Shown in pieces: positions 10,899-20,313 of a DNA stretch of 64,000 nucleotides; the stretch's first letter is position 1; every line of letters starts with the position of its first letter. Under the pieces are notes generated by a model, which was given only the letters and a program-made list of their open reading frames with translations, was not told the origin of the DNA and made no database searches. Source of the DNA: Betaproteobacteria bacterium (GTDB taxonomy: Bacteria; Pseudomonadota; Gammaproteobacteria; Burkholderiales; Burkholderiaceae_C); NCBI GenBank assembly GCA_046094505.1, contig JBJTHN010000028.1, forward strand, positions 48,379 through 112,378, written 5' to 3'. A program made the position numbers and the translations under genes.

Positions 10899-11822
10899 AG
10901 GCGGTGCGCTCAGCAGCGCCTGCAGGGCCTGCGCCTGCGCGTCGCTGAGCTTTCCCGTGGTACGCGCCAGCTGCAAGCTGAACAGGCTCAAGTCCGCGTA
11001 GAGCTGCCGTTGCGCGGGGCCCACCTCAGCCAAGGCCTGCAGGTGGCGCGCCAGCACCCCTTGGTCGCCGCGGGCCACCACACCGGCCAGGGCCGTGCCC
11101 ACGCCCTGCGCTTCAATGGCCTTGACGGTGCTTTGCAACAAAGGCACCAGCGCCTCCAAGGCCTGCTCTGGCGGCACGCCAAAGCGGGCCCAATGCTGCA
11201 CGGCTTGCGCCATCAAGGTCACCACAAACGAGCCGGCGTAGTGCGCGCTGGCGTGGTACAGCGCACGGCTGCCCGCCGGCAGTTCAAAGGGGCGCATGCC
11301 GATGCGGCGTGCCAAGGCTGCCAGACCGGCAGCGGTTGGGGGGTCGGGCGACTCCACCGCCACGGCGCTGCCAGGCAGTGTGGCCAGGGCGGTGGCCACA
11401 TCACCAAAGGTGTGCAGGGGATGAAAGCCCGCCACGGTGCTGCCCACGGCGGCGGCCGGCAACAAAGCGTCGAGTTCCGTGGCGCCACTGCAGTGCACCA
11501 CGCACAGGCCTGGGCGCCACGGCAGCGCCTGGGCCACCGCAGCGATGTGGTCGTCCTGCACCGTGATGAAGACGGTGTCACAGGCCTGCACCAGCACATC
11601 GGGCTGCGGCTGCACCAGCGGCCGGCTGCCCATGGCGCCCAAGGGCTGCGCCAAAGCCTGCGCCGATGCGAGGCTGCGGCTGCTGACCGCCGCCACGGCC
11701 ACGCCAGCCCGCGCAAAGGCCTGCGCCAGGGCCTGACCCACCCGGCCCGCACCGATGAAGCCCACGCGGCCGCAGTCCCAGGCCGGTGGCGATCCTGGGA
11801 GGGCATCCAAATTCACCTGCAT
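10881..11822 (-). CDS. Rossmann-fold NAD(P)-binding protein, DUF2520-type
   Basis: RVGFIGAGRVGQALAQAFARAG is a GxGxxG dinucleotide fold. The length and C-terminal half resemble the Rossmann-like plus DUF2520 family. Confidence 0.55.
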   Translation of the reverse strand: MQVNLDALPGSPPAWDCGRVGFIGAGRVGQALAQAFARAGVAVAAVSSRSLASAQALAQPLGAMGSRPLVQPQPDVLVQACDTVFITVQDDHIAAVAQALPWRPGLCVVHCSGATELDALLPAAAVGSTVAGFHPLHTFGDVATALATLPGSAVAVESPDPPTAAGLAALARRIGMRPFELPAGSRALYHASAHYAGSFVVTLMAQAVQHWARFGVPPEQALEALVPLLQSTVKAIEAQGVGTALAGVVARGDQGVLARHLQALAEVGPAQRQLYADLSLFSLQLARTTGKLSDAQAQALQALLSAPPSAGGR

Positions 11823-11898
11823 GGATCAAGCTTAGCGCGGGCCGCATCCCCCTTGCGGCTGCGCTGCCGGTAAGCTTGGGGCACCACAGGAACCTTCG

Positions 11899-14265
11899 AT
11901 GCCCACCGAACCGATGCCCACCGAACCCTCACGCCGGCGTTTCTTGATGTTGGGCGTGGGCACGGGCGGTGCCTTGATCGTGGGCTGCAGCCCGGTCGAC
12001 CCGCGTGAACAGGGCCAGGCACCACGGCCTGCAGACGCGGCCCAGGCCGCGGGTGCCTCACAAGGGGCCGGTGGCGTAGCCCTCAACGCTTGGGTGCGCT
12101 TGGGACCCGACGGGCGCGTCACCGTGGCCCTGCCACGGGCCGAGATGGGCCAAGGGGTGCACACCGCCCTGGCCATGTTGGTGGCCGAGGAACTCGAGGT
12201 TGCCTGGTCGCAGGTGAGCGTGGAAGCGGCGGGCCCGGGCCGTGTGTATGCGAACACCGCCTTGCTGCATGCGGTACTGCCCTTCCAACCCGATGACCAG
12301 GGCTGGTGGGTGCAGGCCGCGCGCTGGGCTTTGTCGAGCACGTCGGTGATGCTGTCGCTCAACGTCACGGGAGGCTCCACCAGCGTGCGTGCTGCCTGGG
12401 AACCCATGCGCTGGGCGGGCGCCTCGGCCCGCGAAGTGCTTCGGGCCACGGCCGCCCGCCACTGGCAGGTGCCGCCGCAGCAGTGCCAGGTGGGGCAAGG
12501 ACAGGTGCAGCACCTGGGAAGTGACCGCCGCTTGTCCTACGGCGAGCTGGCCGCCCTGTGGGTGGCCAAGCCCCTGGAGCCACCATCCACGCTGAGCCTC
12601 AAGCCGCCGGCTCAGTGGACCCTGATCGGCACCTCTCCCAAACGCCTGGACACCCCAGACAAGACGACGGGCCGCGCCGCGTTTGGCTGCGACCCGGTAT
12701 GGCCCGGCCTGAAGCGGGCGGTGCTGCGCACCTGCCCCTATGTGCAGGGTCGCTTGGTGAAGACCGATGCACGAAAAGCGCTGCAGCTGCCCGGTATACG
12801 CGCCGTGCATGAGTTTCCCGACTGGCCCGTGCCCGCCGTGGCGGTGGTGGCCGACCACACCTGGCAGGCCCTCAAAGGCGCGCAAGCCTTGGAGCTGGAA
12901 TGGGACCCCGGGCTCAACGCCGGTCACAGCACGGCTGCGCAGCTGCAAACCATGCACGACGGGCTCGATGACACCCCGGGCACACGGTTTCGGAACCTGG
13001 GCGACACCGCCGCTGCGCTGGCCAAGGCCGACCAAACCCTTCAAGCCGACTACCAGGTGCCCTACCTGGCGCATGCGGCCATGGAACCCCTGAACGCCAC
13101 GGCCCGGTTTGAAGCGGGACGGCTGCAGCTGTACACCGGCACCCAGTCGCCCATCCTGGCGCGCTGGCGTGCCGCACAAATCGCCCAGTTGGACATGGAT
13201 CAGGTGCAGCTGGAGGTGCCCTATCTGGGCGGAGGTTTCGGCCGGCGCCTGGAAACCGACATCGTGGAACAGGTCACGCACCTGGCCCTGAAGATGCCCG
13301 GTACCCCGGTGCACCTGATGTGGACGCGAGAGCAGGACCTGCAGCACGATGTGTACCGGCCAGCGGCTGTGGCCCGCATGCGAGCCGCTTTGGCCAAGCC
13401 GTCTGCGCTGGCTGGCGGGGATGCCGGGCCACCAGGGCTTGCACTCAGCGCCCTGCACATCAAAGTGGTAGCGCCCTCGCTCTCAGAAGGCACGACCAAG
13501 CGCTTGTTCCCAGGCCCTTGGAACGACGCGATGCCCGTGCTGCCGGACAAGTCGCAGATCGAAGGCGCCCACGACCTGCCCTACGCCATCCCCCAGCAAA
13601 CCGTCGAACAGGTGTTGTGCCCATCGGTGCTGCCCGTCGGGTATTGGCGCAGCGTGGGCCACTCCTACAACGCCTTCTTCACCGAGTGCTTCATCGATGA
13701 GGTGGCTCAGGCACTGGCCCTTGACCCCCTGACCCTGCGCGAGCAGTGGCTGCAGCACCGGCCCCGCCACCGCGCGGTGCTGCAGGCCGCTGCGCAAGCG
13801 GCGGGCTGGGGCCGCCCCATGCCCGCTGGCCGCGCGCTGGGTCTGGCACTTCACGAGAGCTTTGGCTCGATCTGCGCACAGGTGGCCGAGGTCAGCCTCG
13901 TGCAAGGCCGGCCGCGCGTGCACCGCATCGTCTGTGCACTGGACGCCGGCACCGTGGTGCACCCCGACACGGTTCGCGCCCAACTCGAAGGTGCGATCGT
14001 CTTTGGCTTGAGTGCAGCCCTGTGGGGCCGGGTGCCCCTGGACCGCGGACAGGTGCAGCTGCGCGGCTGGGCTGACTACCCCGTGGTGAAGATGGCCGAT
14101 ATGCCCAAGATTGACACCATCCTGGTGCCCAGCGCCCAGCCCCCGGGTGGGGTGGGCGAGCCGGGCACGCCGCCGGTGGCACCCGCGGTGGCCAATGCCT
14201 TGGCGCGGCTGGATGGCCAACGCCGGCGCAGCCTGCCGCTGTGGGACCCCCCGTCGGCCACTTGA
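11899..14265 (+). CDS. molybdopterin-binding subunit of a xanthine dehydrogenase-family oxidoreductase (IorB / aldehyde oxidase large-subunit type), Tat-exported
   Basis: Twin-arginine signal SRRRFLMLGVGTGGALIVGC. The ~780-aa size and LNAWVRLGPDGRVTVALPRAEMGQGVHTALAMLVAEELEV are typical of IorB-like proteins. GGGFGRR and GEPGTPPVAPAVANAL motifs are present. Confidence 0.85.
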   Translation: MPTEPMPTEPSRRRFLMLGVGTGGALIVGCSPVDPREQGQAPRPADAAQAAGASQGAGGVALNAWVRLGPDGRVTVALPRAEMGQGVHTALAMLVAEELEVAWSQVSVEAAGPGRVYANTALLHAVLPFQPDDQGWWVQAARWALSSTSVMLSLNVTGGSTSVRAAWEPMRWAGASAREVLRATAARHWQVPPQQCQVGQGQVQHLGSDRRLSYGELAALWVAKPLEPPSTLSLKPPAQWTLIGTSPKRLDTPDKTTGRAAFGCDPVWPGLKRAVLRTCPYVQGRLVKTDARKALQLPGIRAVHEFPDWPVPAVAVVADHTWQALKGAQALELEWDPGLNAGHSTAAQLQTMHDGLDDTPGTRFRNLGDTAAALAKADQTLQADYQVPYLAHAAMEPLNATARFEAGRLQLYTGTQSPILARWRAAQIAQLDMDQVQLEVPYLGGGFGRRLETDIVEQVTHLALKMPGTPVHLMWTREQDLQHDVYRPAAVARMRAALAKPSALAGGDAGPPGLALSALHIKVVAPSLSEGTTKRLFPGPWNDAMPVLPDKSQIEGAHDLPYAIPQQTVEQVLCPSVLPVGYWRSVGHSYNAFFTECFIDEVAQALALDPLTLREQWLQHRPRHRAVLQAAAQAAGWGRPMPAGRALGLALHESFGSICAQVAEVSLVQGRPRVHRIVCALDAGTVVHPDTVRAQLEGAIVFGLSAALWGRVPLDRGQVQLRGWADYPVVKMADMPKIDTILVPSAQPPGGVGEPGTPPVAPAVANALARLDGQRRRSLPLWDPPSAT

Positions 14266-14361
14266 ACGCAGCCCCCGGGCTTTTTCGCATGCACGGCCCG
14301 CCGTGGCCGCCCTATAGTGCGTTCCACGTTTGACCACAGCGGTCCACCAGGAGGCCCTTCC

Positions 14362-16029
14362 ATGACCCGATTGACCCGTCCCAGCGCTAACGATTCTCAA
14401 CCTGCAACCGGGCTTGGCCTAAGCCGCTGGGCACAGCGCAGCCTGGCCGGCGCGGCTCTGGCCCTGGCGCCGCTGATGGCCGGAGTGCCGCTGGGCGCAC
14501 ACGCGCAGGGCGCGGCGCCGGCGGTGACGCTGCGCTGGGCGGCCCAAAACGACATCCTCACGCTGGACCCTCACTCCCAGAACCACAGCACCACCTCGGC
14601 CATCCTGATGCACGCCTATGAAGGCCTGGTGCGCTACGACGCCGACCGCAAGATCGAACCGGCACTGGCCACCAAGTGGACCTACCTCAGCCCCACGCAG
14701 GTGCGCTTCGAACTGCGCCGCAATGTGCGCTTTCACGACGGCTCGCCGTTTACGGCCGACGATGTGATCTTCAGCTTCAACCGCATTCGCCAGCCCCAAG
14801 GCACGATGGGCATCTATGTCACCGGCATCGCGGAAATCCGCAAGCTTGACAGCCACACGGTGGACTTCATCATGGCTGCGCCCAACCCGCTGCTGTTGCG
14901 CAACATCGTGGACTTCCGCATCGTCAGCAAGGCCTGGGCCGAAAAGAACAAGTCCACCGAGGTGCAGAACTACAGGGCCAAAGAGGAGAACTACGCCTCG
15001 CGCAATGTGATGGGCACTGGCCCCTACATGATCACCGGCTGGGTGCCTGACCAGCGCGTGACGATGAAGGTCCATCCCAACTGGTGGGACAAGCACACCA
15101 GCAACATCACCGATGTGGTGTACACCCCGATCAAGAGCGACCCCACGCGCGTGGCGGCGTTGATCGCAGGGGACGTTGACCTGCTGACCGACCTTCCCAC
15201 GCAGGACGTGGCGCGCCTGAGGCAAGACCCCAAGCTCAAGGTGGTGGACGGCCCTGAAGTGCGCACCATCTTCCTGGCGCTGGATCAACACAGCAACGAA
15301 CTCAAGTACAGCGACGTCAAGGGCAAGAACCCCTTCAAGGACAAGCGGGTGCGCGAGGCCCTGTCCATCGTGGTGGACCGCGACGCCATCCGGCGCACCA
15401 TCATGCGCGGGCTGTCCATCCCGGCGGCCATCATGGTGCCCCCCGGTGTGGAAGGATGGAGCGCCGAACTTGACGCCATCAGCAAGCCCGATGTCGAACG
15501 GGCCAAGCGGCTGTTGGCCGAAGCGGGCTATCCCAATGGATTTGAGTTTCAACTGAACTGCTCGAACAACCGCTACGTCAACGATGAGGAAATCTGCCAG
15601 GCGCTGCTGCCCATGTGGGCCAAGATTGGCATGAAGGTGCGCCTGGTGGCCGAGCCCTTTGCGCAGCACAGCGTGCGCTTCCAGAACTTCGACACCTCGG
15701 CCTACATGCTGGGCTGGGGTGTGGCCACCTTCGATGCGCAGTACACGCTGCAGTCCATCGTACGCACCCGAACCACGGGCGCCGATGGGAACTTCAACTT
15801 CGCCCGGGTGAGCGACCCCCAGGTCGACCAATGGGTGGACGCCATGAAGACCGAGATGGACGCCCCCAAGCGCCTGGCCATGATGCGCGAGGCCCTCAAA
15901 CGCACACGTGATGAACACCTGCTGCTGCCGCTGCACCACCAGATACGCCCCTGGGCCATGAAGCCCGGCGTCAACACCCTGCACCGCTCCGACGACCGGC
16001 CCGAGGCGCGCTTCACCACGGTGCGCTGA
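14362..16029 (+). CDS. ABC transporter substrate-binding protein, family 5 (peptide/nickel/opine type)
   Basis: Start set to MTRLTRPS (ATG at 14362, GGAGG 9 nt upstream). It has a signal peptide ending HAQG, and TLRWAAQNDILTLDPHSQNH...MHAYEGLVRYD is typical of SBP_bac_5. No permease or ATPase genes are adjacent. Confidence 0.85.
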   Translation: MTRLTRPSANDSQPATGLGLSRWAQRSLAGAALALAPLMAGVPLGAHAQGAAPAVTLRWAAQNDILTLDPHSQNHSTTSAILMHAYEGLVRYDADRKIEPALATKWTYLSPTQVRFELRRNVRFHDGSPFTADDVIFSFNRIRQPQGTMGIYVTGIAEIRKLDSHTVDFIMAAPNPLLLRNIVDFRIVSKAWAEKNKSTEVQNYRAKEENYASRNVMGTGPYMITGWVPDQRVTMKVHPNWWDKHTSNITDVVYTPIKSDPTRVAALIAGDVDLLTDLPTQDVARLRQDPKLKVVDGPEVRTIFLALDQHSNELKYSDVKGKNPFKDKRVREALSIVVDRDAIRRTIMRGLSIPAAIMVPPGVEGWSAELDAISKPDVERAKRLLAEAGYPNGFEFQLNCSNNRYVNDEEICQALLPMWAKIGMKVRLVAEPFAQHSVRFQNFDTSAYMLGWGVATFDAQYTLQSIVRTRTTGADGNFNFARVSDPQVDQWVDAMKTEMDAPKRLAMMREALKRTRDEHLLLPLHHQIRPWAMKPGVNTLHRSDDRPEARFTTVR

Positions 16030-16104
16030 AGGGGGGCACCGAGCACGGCGCGGCCCAGTTGGCATCTGGGTTCGCGATACCGGACCCTCGGTCCAAATCA
16101 CCCC

Positions 16105-16785
16105 ATGTGCGCCCACTACGAAAACATCCGCGACCCACGCGTCATTCGAGAGCACTTCAAGGCTGAGCCGCTGCACGCCGATAGGGCTGCCGAAGTCAAA
16201 CAGGATGTGTGGCCGGGCTATACCGGAACCTTCATCGTCCGGCCACCGGAGGTCGACCACGGTGACGAGGCGGTGGCCTCGCGCATTGCAATGCCTGGCG
16301 TCTTCGGCCTCTTGCCGCACTGGGCCAAAGACGACAAGTTCGCGCGCCACACCTACAACGCCCGCAGCGAGACGGTGGCGGAAAAGCCGAGCTTTCGTGA
16401 TGCCTGGCGCAAGGCCAGGCACTGCATCATTGCGGCCCAAGCCATCTATGAGCCCGACTGGCGCAGCGGCAAGTCGGTTCCCACGCGCATCACCCGCGCC
16501 GATGGGCAGGCGCTGGGCATTGCGGGCCTGTGGGATGCCTGGCGCTCACCCCAAGGGAACTGGGTGCACAGCTACACCATGCTCACGATCAACGCCGATG
16601 CCCATCCCTTCATGAACCGGTTCCACAAACCCGGGGATGAAAAACGCATGGTGGTGGTACTGCCCGAGGATCAGTACGGCGCCTGGCTGCAGGCCAGCGC
16701 CGACGATGCACGCCGCTTCATACAGGCCTACCCGGCCGAAGGCTTCGGGGCATGCGCGGCCAGCAGCGTGCCGCGTCGAATCTGA
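16105..16785 (+). CDS. SOS response-associated peptidase (SRAP/YedK, DUF159) abasic-site sensor
   Basis: It begins MCAHYE, with the invariant Cys2. [28 protein letters not shown] and the HxRMVVVL region match SRAP. Confidence 0.85.
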   Translation: MCAHYENIRDPRVIREHFKAEPLHADRAAEVKQDVWPGYTGTFIVRPPEVDHGDEAVASRIAMPGVFGLLPHWAKDDKFARHTYNARSETVAEKPSFRDAWRKARHCIIAAQAIYEPDWRSGKSVPTRITRADGQALGIAGLWDAWRSPQGNWVHSYTMLTINADAHPFMNRFHKPGDEKRMVVVLPEDQYGAWLQASADDARRFIQAYPAEGFGACAASSVPRRI

Positions 16786-17843
16786 TCGCGCTCCAGGCTT
16801 TCGAACAAGGCCTTGAAGTTGCCTTCGCCAAAGCCCTGGTCCGCCTTGCGCTGGATGAACTCGAAGAACACCGGGCCCAGCACCGGCTGGCTGAAGATCT
16901 GCAACAGCAAGCGCTTGTCGCCGCCGGCGGTGCTGCCGTCCATCAAGATGCCCCGCGCCTGGAGTTCGCCCACCGGCTCGCCATGCCCCGGCATGCGTTC
17001 GTGGAGCATTTCGTAGTACACCTCGTTGGGTGCGCTCATCAGCGGAATGCCCGCCATCTGCAGCGCGTCCACCGAGGCCAAGATGTCTTCGGTCAACAAG
17101 GCGATGTGCTGAATGCCCTCGCCGTTGAACTGCATCAGGAACTCTTCGATCTGCCCCGAACCGGCGCGGCCAGACTCTTCATTCAGTGGAATGCGGATCA
17201 GGTTGTCGGGCGCCGTCATCGCCTTGCTGGTCAAGCCGGTGTATTCGCCCTTGATGTCGAAGTAGCGGACCTCACGGAAGTTGAACAGGCGCTCATAGAA
17301 GCCCGCCCAGTAGCCCATGCGACCCCGGTACACGTTGTGGGTGAGGTGGTCGATGAGCTTTAGGCCATGGCCTACGGGGTGGCGCTGGTCCAGCGGCGCA
17401 AAGGCCGGCAAGAACTCGAAGTCGATGTCGTAGATGCTCTTGCCGTCTTCGAAGCGGTCGATGAGGTACAGGGGCGCACCCCCAATGCCCTTGATGGCCG
17501 GCAGCCGCAGCTCCATGGGCCCTGTGGGCACCTCCACCGGTTGGGCCCCCAAGTCCAGGGCGCGCGCATAGGCCTGATGGGAGTCCCGCACGCGAAACGC
17601 CAGGGCGCAGGCACTGGGCCCATGCTCGGCGGCAAAGTAGCCCGCGAGGCTGCGTGGCTCGCGGTTGACGATGAAATTGATATCGCCCTGGCGAAACAGC
17701 ACCACGTCTTTGCTGCGGTGATGCGCCACCAAGGAAAAGCCCATGCGCTCGAACAAGGGCTCCAACAGACCAGGCTTGGGTGAGGCGAACTCGACAAACT
17801 CGAAGCCCATCAAGCCCATGGGGTTGTCTACAGGATCATTCAT
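16728..17843 (-). CDS. hppD: 4-hydroxyphenylpyruvate dioxygenase
   Basis: [16 protein letters not shown] at the N-terminus. [36 protein letters not shown] are canonical HPPD motifs. Confidence 0.93.
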   Translation of the reverse strand: MNDPVDNPMGLMGFEFVEFASPKPGLLEPLFERMGFSLVAHHRSKDVVLFRQGDINFIVNREPRSLAGYFAAEHGPSACALAFRVRDSHQAYARALDLGAQPVEVPTGPMELRLPAIKGIGGAPLYLIDRFEDGKSIYDIDFEFLPAFAPLDQRHPVGHGLKLIDHLTHNVYRGRMGYWAGFYERLFNFREVRYFDIKGEYTGLTSKAMTAPDNLIRIPLNEESGRAGSGQIEEFLMQFNGEGIQHIALLTEDILASVDALQMAGIPLMSAPNEVYYEMLHERMPGHGEPVGELQARGILMDGSTAGGDKRLLLQIFSQPVLGPVFFEFIQRKADQGFGEGNFKALFESLERDQIRRGTLLAAHAPKPSAG

Positions 17844-17887
17844 GCTGCGTCCTCTGAGGCCATTTTGGGGCCTAACATGCCAAGCCC

Positions 17888-19942
17888 ATGAGCAAGATCA
17901 TCGATGCCCCCGAACTGCTGAAGTTTTCTCGAGCAGGTGCTTGTACCCTCAGTCCTGATGGCCGCTTGGCGGTGGTGGCCGTCAGCCAAGCCGACCTCGC
18001 GGGCAATCGAATGGGCTCAGCCTTGTGGTTGTTGCCCACCCACACCGGCGCGGGCCCAGGGCGACCCTTGACCACGAACGGCCGTCAAGACAGCGCCCCG
18101 GCCTTTTCGCCCCAAGGGGATGCAGTGGCCTTTACCGCCGTGCGCCAACAAGAAGGCGAGGTAGACCCATCGCCGCAGCTGTACGTGATGGCCATGGCCG
18201 GCGGCGAGGCACGCCGCGTCAGCGACTTCAAGCCAGGTGTGGGCGCCTTTCGCTGGATGCCCGACGGGCACCACATCGTCTTCATCGCCTGGGTATGGCC
18301 TGAGCTACGGGGCAGCGTCGCTCAAAACCGTCGACAGGCGCAGTGGACTGCGCGCCAAGCCACAGGCCTGGTGACAGACCAGGCGCAGTACCGCTACTGG
18401 AACGCCAACCTGCCACAGGGCCGCGTGGCGCATCTGCACCTGCTGAACGTGGACACAGGCAAGGTGACCGACCTCTTCGAAGGCACCCCCTACGAACTGC
18501 CACGCGACGAGCCCGGCTTGGGTTCATTCGATGTGAGCCCGGATGGACGGCGCCTATGCTTCACCCACGACCCCGCCCCTGTGAAGGCCGGTGGACAGCG
18601 CTTTGAACTGGTGGAGCTCAGTCTGCGCGGCCGCCGCTTCGAGCCCATGGCCCACCATGCCAGCTGGGACTTCGCCAGCCCACGGTACAGCCCCGATGGA
18701 CAGCACATGGCCGCCATCGCCACCCCCATCCGGCGGGGCGACACCCCCTTCGGCCATGCGTCATTGGGGCGCCTGGCGGTGTGGCCTCGGACACGGGGGT
18801 TCAGGCCTGCTGATGCACGACGCGGACACCTGGATCCACAGGCGCCGCTGCAGTGGGAACAGGACGGCCAGGCGCTGTGGTTCACCGCTGAAGAACGCGG
18901 GCGCTGCCACGCCTGGCGCCACGAACTCAAGACCGGCGCCTGCACCGCCGCGGTTGTGGGCGGTTGGGTCCAAGGCCTGGCTGTCCAAGGCAGTGGCCCC
19001 CAGGCCACGGTGCTGACGGTTCGCGACAGCATCCACCACCCGGCGCAGGTCTGGGTTCACCACGCTGGGCAAGAGCGCCGGCTTGACCGGTTCAACGACC
19101 ATTTGCTCAAGGGCTTGCAGACTGGGCGCGTGGAGGAACAGACCGTCAAAGGCGCCCTGGGGGACCCCGTGCAGCTGTGGGTGGTGTACCCGCCGAACTT
19201 CAAGGCAGGCCGCCGCTACCCGTGTCTGCACGTGATTCATGGTGGACCCTACAGCGCTTCAGGTGACACCTTCGGCTATCGATGGAACCCGCACGCCTTC
19301 GCTGCCATGGGCTTTGTGGTGGTGCAGGCCAACTACCACGGCTCCAGCGGCTTTGGCGAGGCCTTTCGCATCAGCATCCTGGGCCGCCAGGGCGAGTTGG
19401 AGCTGCAGGACCTCAAAGCCGCTCAGGCCTGGGTCCAAGCCCAGTCTTGGTTTGACAAGGCCCGGGTGTATGCCTCCGGCGCCAGCTATGGTGGCTTCCT
19501 GGTGGCCTGGATGAACGGCCATTGGAAGCCCTGGCCCAGAGGGCCGATACGCGCCTACATCTGCCATGCGGGTGTGCTGGACCGCCGCGCCACGTGGAGC
19601 GCCGACTCCTACACCCAGCGTCCCAAGGACCTGGGCGGAACTTACTGGGAACAGCCGCAGAGGCTGGCCGCGCAAAGCCCCGTGGAGCATGCCGACAAGA
19701 TGGACACGCCCACCTTCGTCATTCACGGCGCCCAGGACTTCCGCGTACCCGACCAAAACGGCCTGGCGTACTACAACACCCTCAAGGCCCGCGGCGTGGA
19801 TGCACAGTTGCTGTGGTTCCCCGATGAGGGGCACTGGGTCATGAAGCCGCACAACGTGCTGCAGTGGTATGGCGAGTTCGAACGGTGGTTGGTGCGCCAT
19901 GGAGCCCGCAGCAGGGGCGGGTCCAAGCCGCGCGGTGGGTAG
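17888..19942 (+). CDS. S9 family serine peptidase (prolyl oligopeptidase / acylaminoacyl-peptidase type)
   Basis: N-terminal beta-propeller-like repeats (SPDGR, SPQGD, MPDGH, SPDGQ) and a C-terminal alpha/beta domain. The nucleophile elbow is GASYGGF and the terminal part carries HGAQDFRVP...DEGHW. Confidence 0.88.
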   Translation: MSKIIDAPELLKFSRAGACTLSPDGRLAVVAVSQADLAGNRMGSALWLLPTHTGAGPGRPLTTNGRQDSAPAFSPQGDAVAFTAVRQQEGEVDPSPQLYVMAMAGGEARRVSDFKPGVGAFRWMPDGHHIVFIAWVWPELRGSVAQNRRQAQWTARQATGLVTDQAQYRYWNANLPQGRVAHLHLLNVDTGKVTDLFEGTPYELPRDEPGLGSFDVSPDGRRLCFTHDPAPVKAGGQRFELVELSLRGRRFEPMAHHASWDFASPRYSPDGQHMAAIATPIRRGDTPFGHASLGRLAVWPRTRGFRPADARRGHLDPQAPLQWEQDGQALWFTAEERGRCHAWRHELKTGACTAAVVGGWVQGLAVQGSGPQATVLTVRDSIHHPAQVWVHHAGQERRLDRFNDHLLKGLQTGRVEEQTVKGALGDPVQLWVVYPPNFKAGRRYPCLHVIHGGPYSASGDTFGYRWNPHAFAAMGFVVVQANYHGSSGFGEAFRISILGRQGELELQDLKAAQAWVQAQSWFDKARVYASGASYGGFLVAWMNGHWKPWPRGPIRAYICHAGVLDRRATWSADSYTQRPKDLGGTYWEQPQRLAAQSPVEHADKMDTPTFVIHGAQDFRVPDQNGLAYYNTLKARGVDAQLLWFPDEGHWVMKPHNVLQWYGEFERWLVRHGARSRGGSKPRGG

Positions 19943-20174
19943 ATCGGGGGCGCGCCAGGTTCCAGCAGTCCACGGCAGGTGTCAGGCGAGCACACAAGGC
20001 GTTGCCCTAGCCCGTGTTGGGCGCCATGGTGGAGTCGCCCACCAGCACCACGCGCGGCCGTGGGTCTGGCTGCGGCGCGGGTGGTGTGTCCTGCGGGGTG
20101 GCCGCTCGAGCCGAGCACAGGGTGAGAGCCGTGATCAGCAGGGCCGTCAGGGTGCCCGTGCCCCACATCCCCAT
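19943..20174 (-). pseudogene. relic of an SGNH/GDSL hydrolase (rhamnogalacturonan-acetylesterase-like), with an in-frame TAG and 3' truncation
   Basis: Own translation from ATG at 20174: [82 protein letters not shown] block I is followed by a TAG exactly where family members have the Trp of G-W-G. Resemblance ends at the S9 peptidase stop codon. Confidence 0.55.
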
Positions 20175-20313
20175 TCGCCGGCGGTGTCGTGCCGATACTC
20201 ATGCCCGCTCATCGTCCAAGATCCTCTGTGCGTGTACCAAGGCTGCATCAGCCCCGCCCCGGGCGCTTGCGCTGAGCCGGCACTCCGAATCACTGTCGCC
20301 TCCGGTTGCCAGC

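Noticed and set aside
14419-16440. Very long ORFs antisense to recognised genes. Examples: 14419-16440 (673 aa, opposite the ABC binding protein), 12058-13458 (opposite iorB), 7289-8671 (opposite the RND pump), 38787-40094 (opposite ahcY), 34436-35788 (opposite metK), 45909-47243 (opposite cca), 2836-4521 (opposite the helicase).
   Set aside because: Their translations are Arg/Ala/Gly/His-rich low-complexity strings with no family motifs. Each lies exactly opposite a gene with strong family signatures. Long stop-free antisense frames are an expected artefact of very high GC content.
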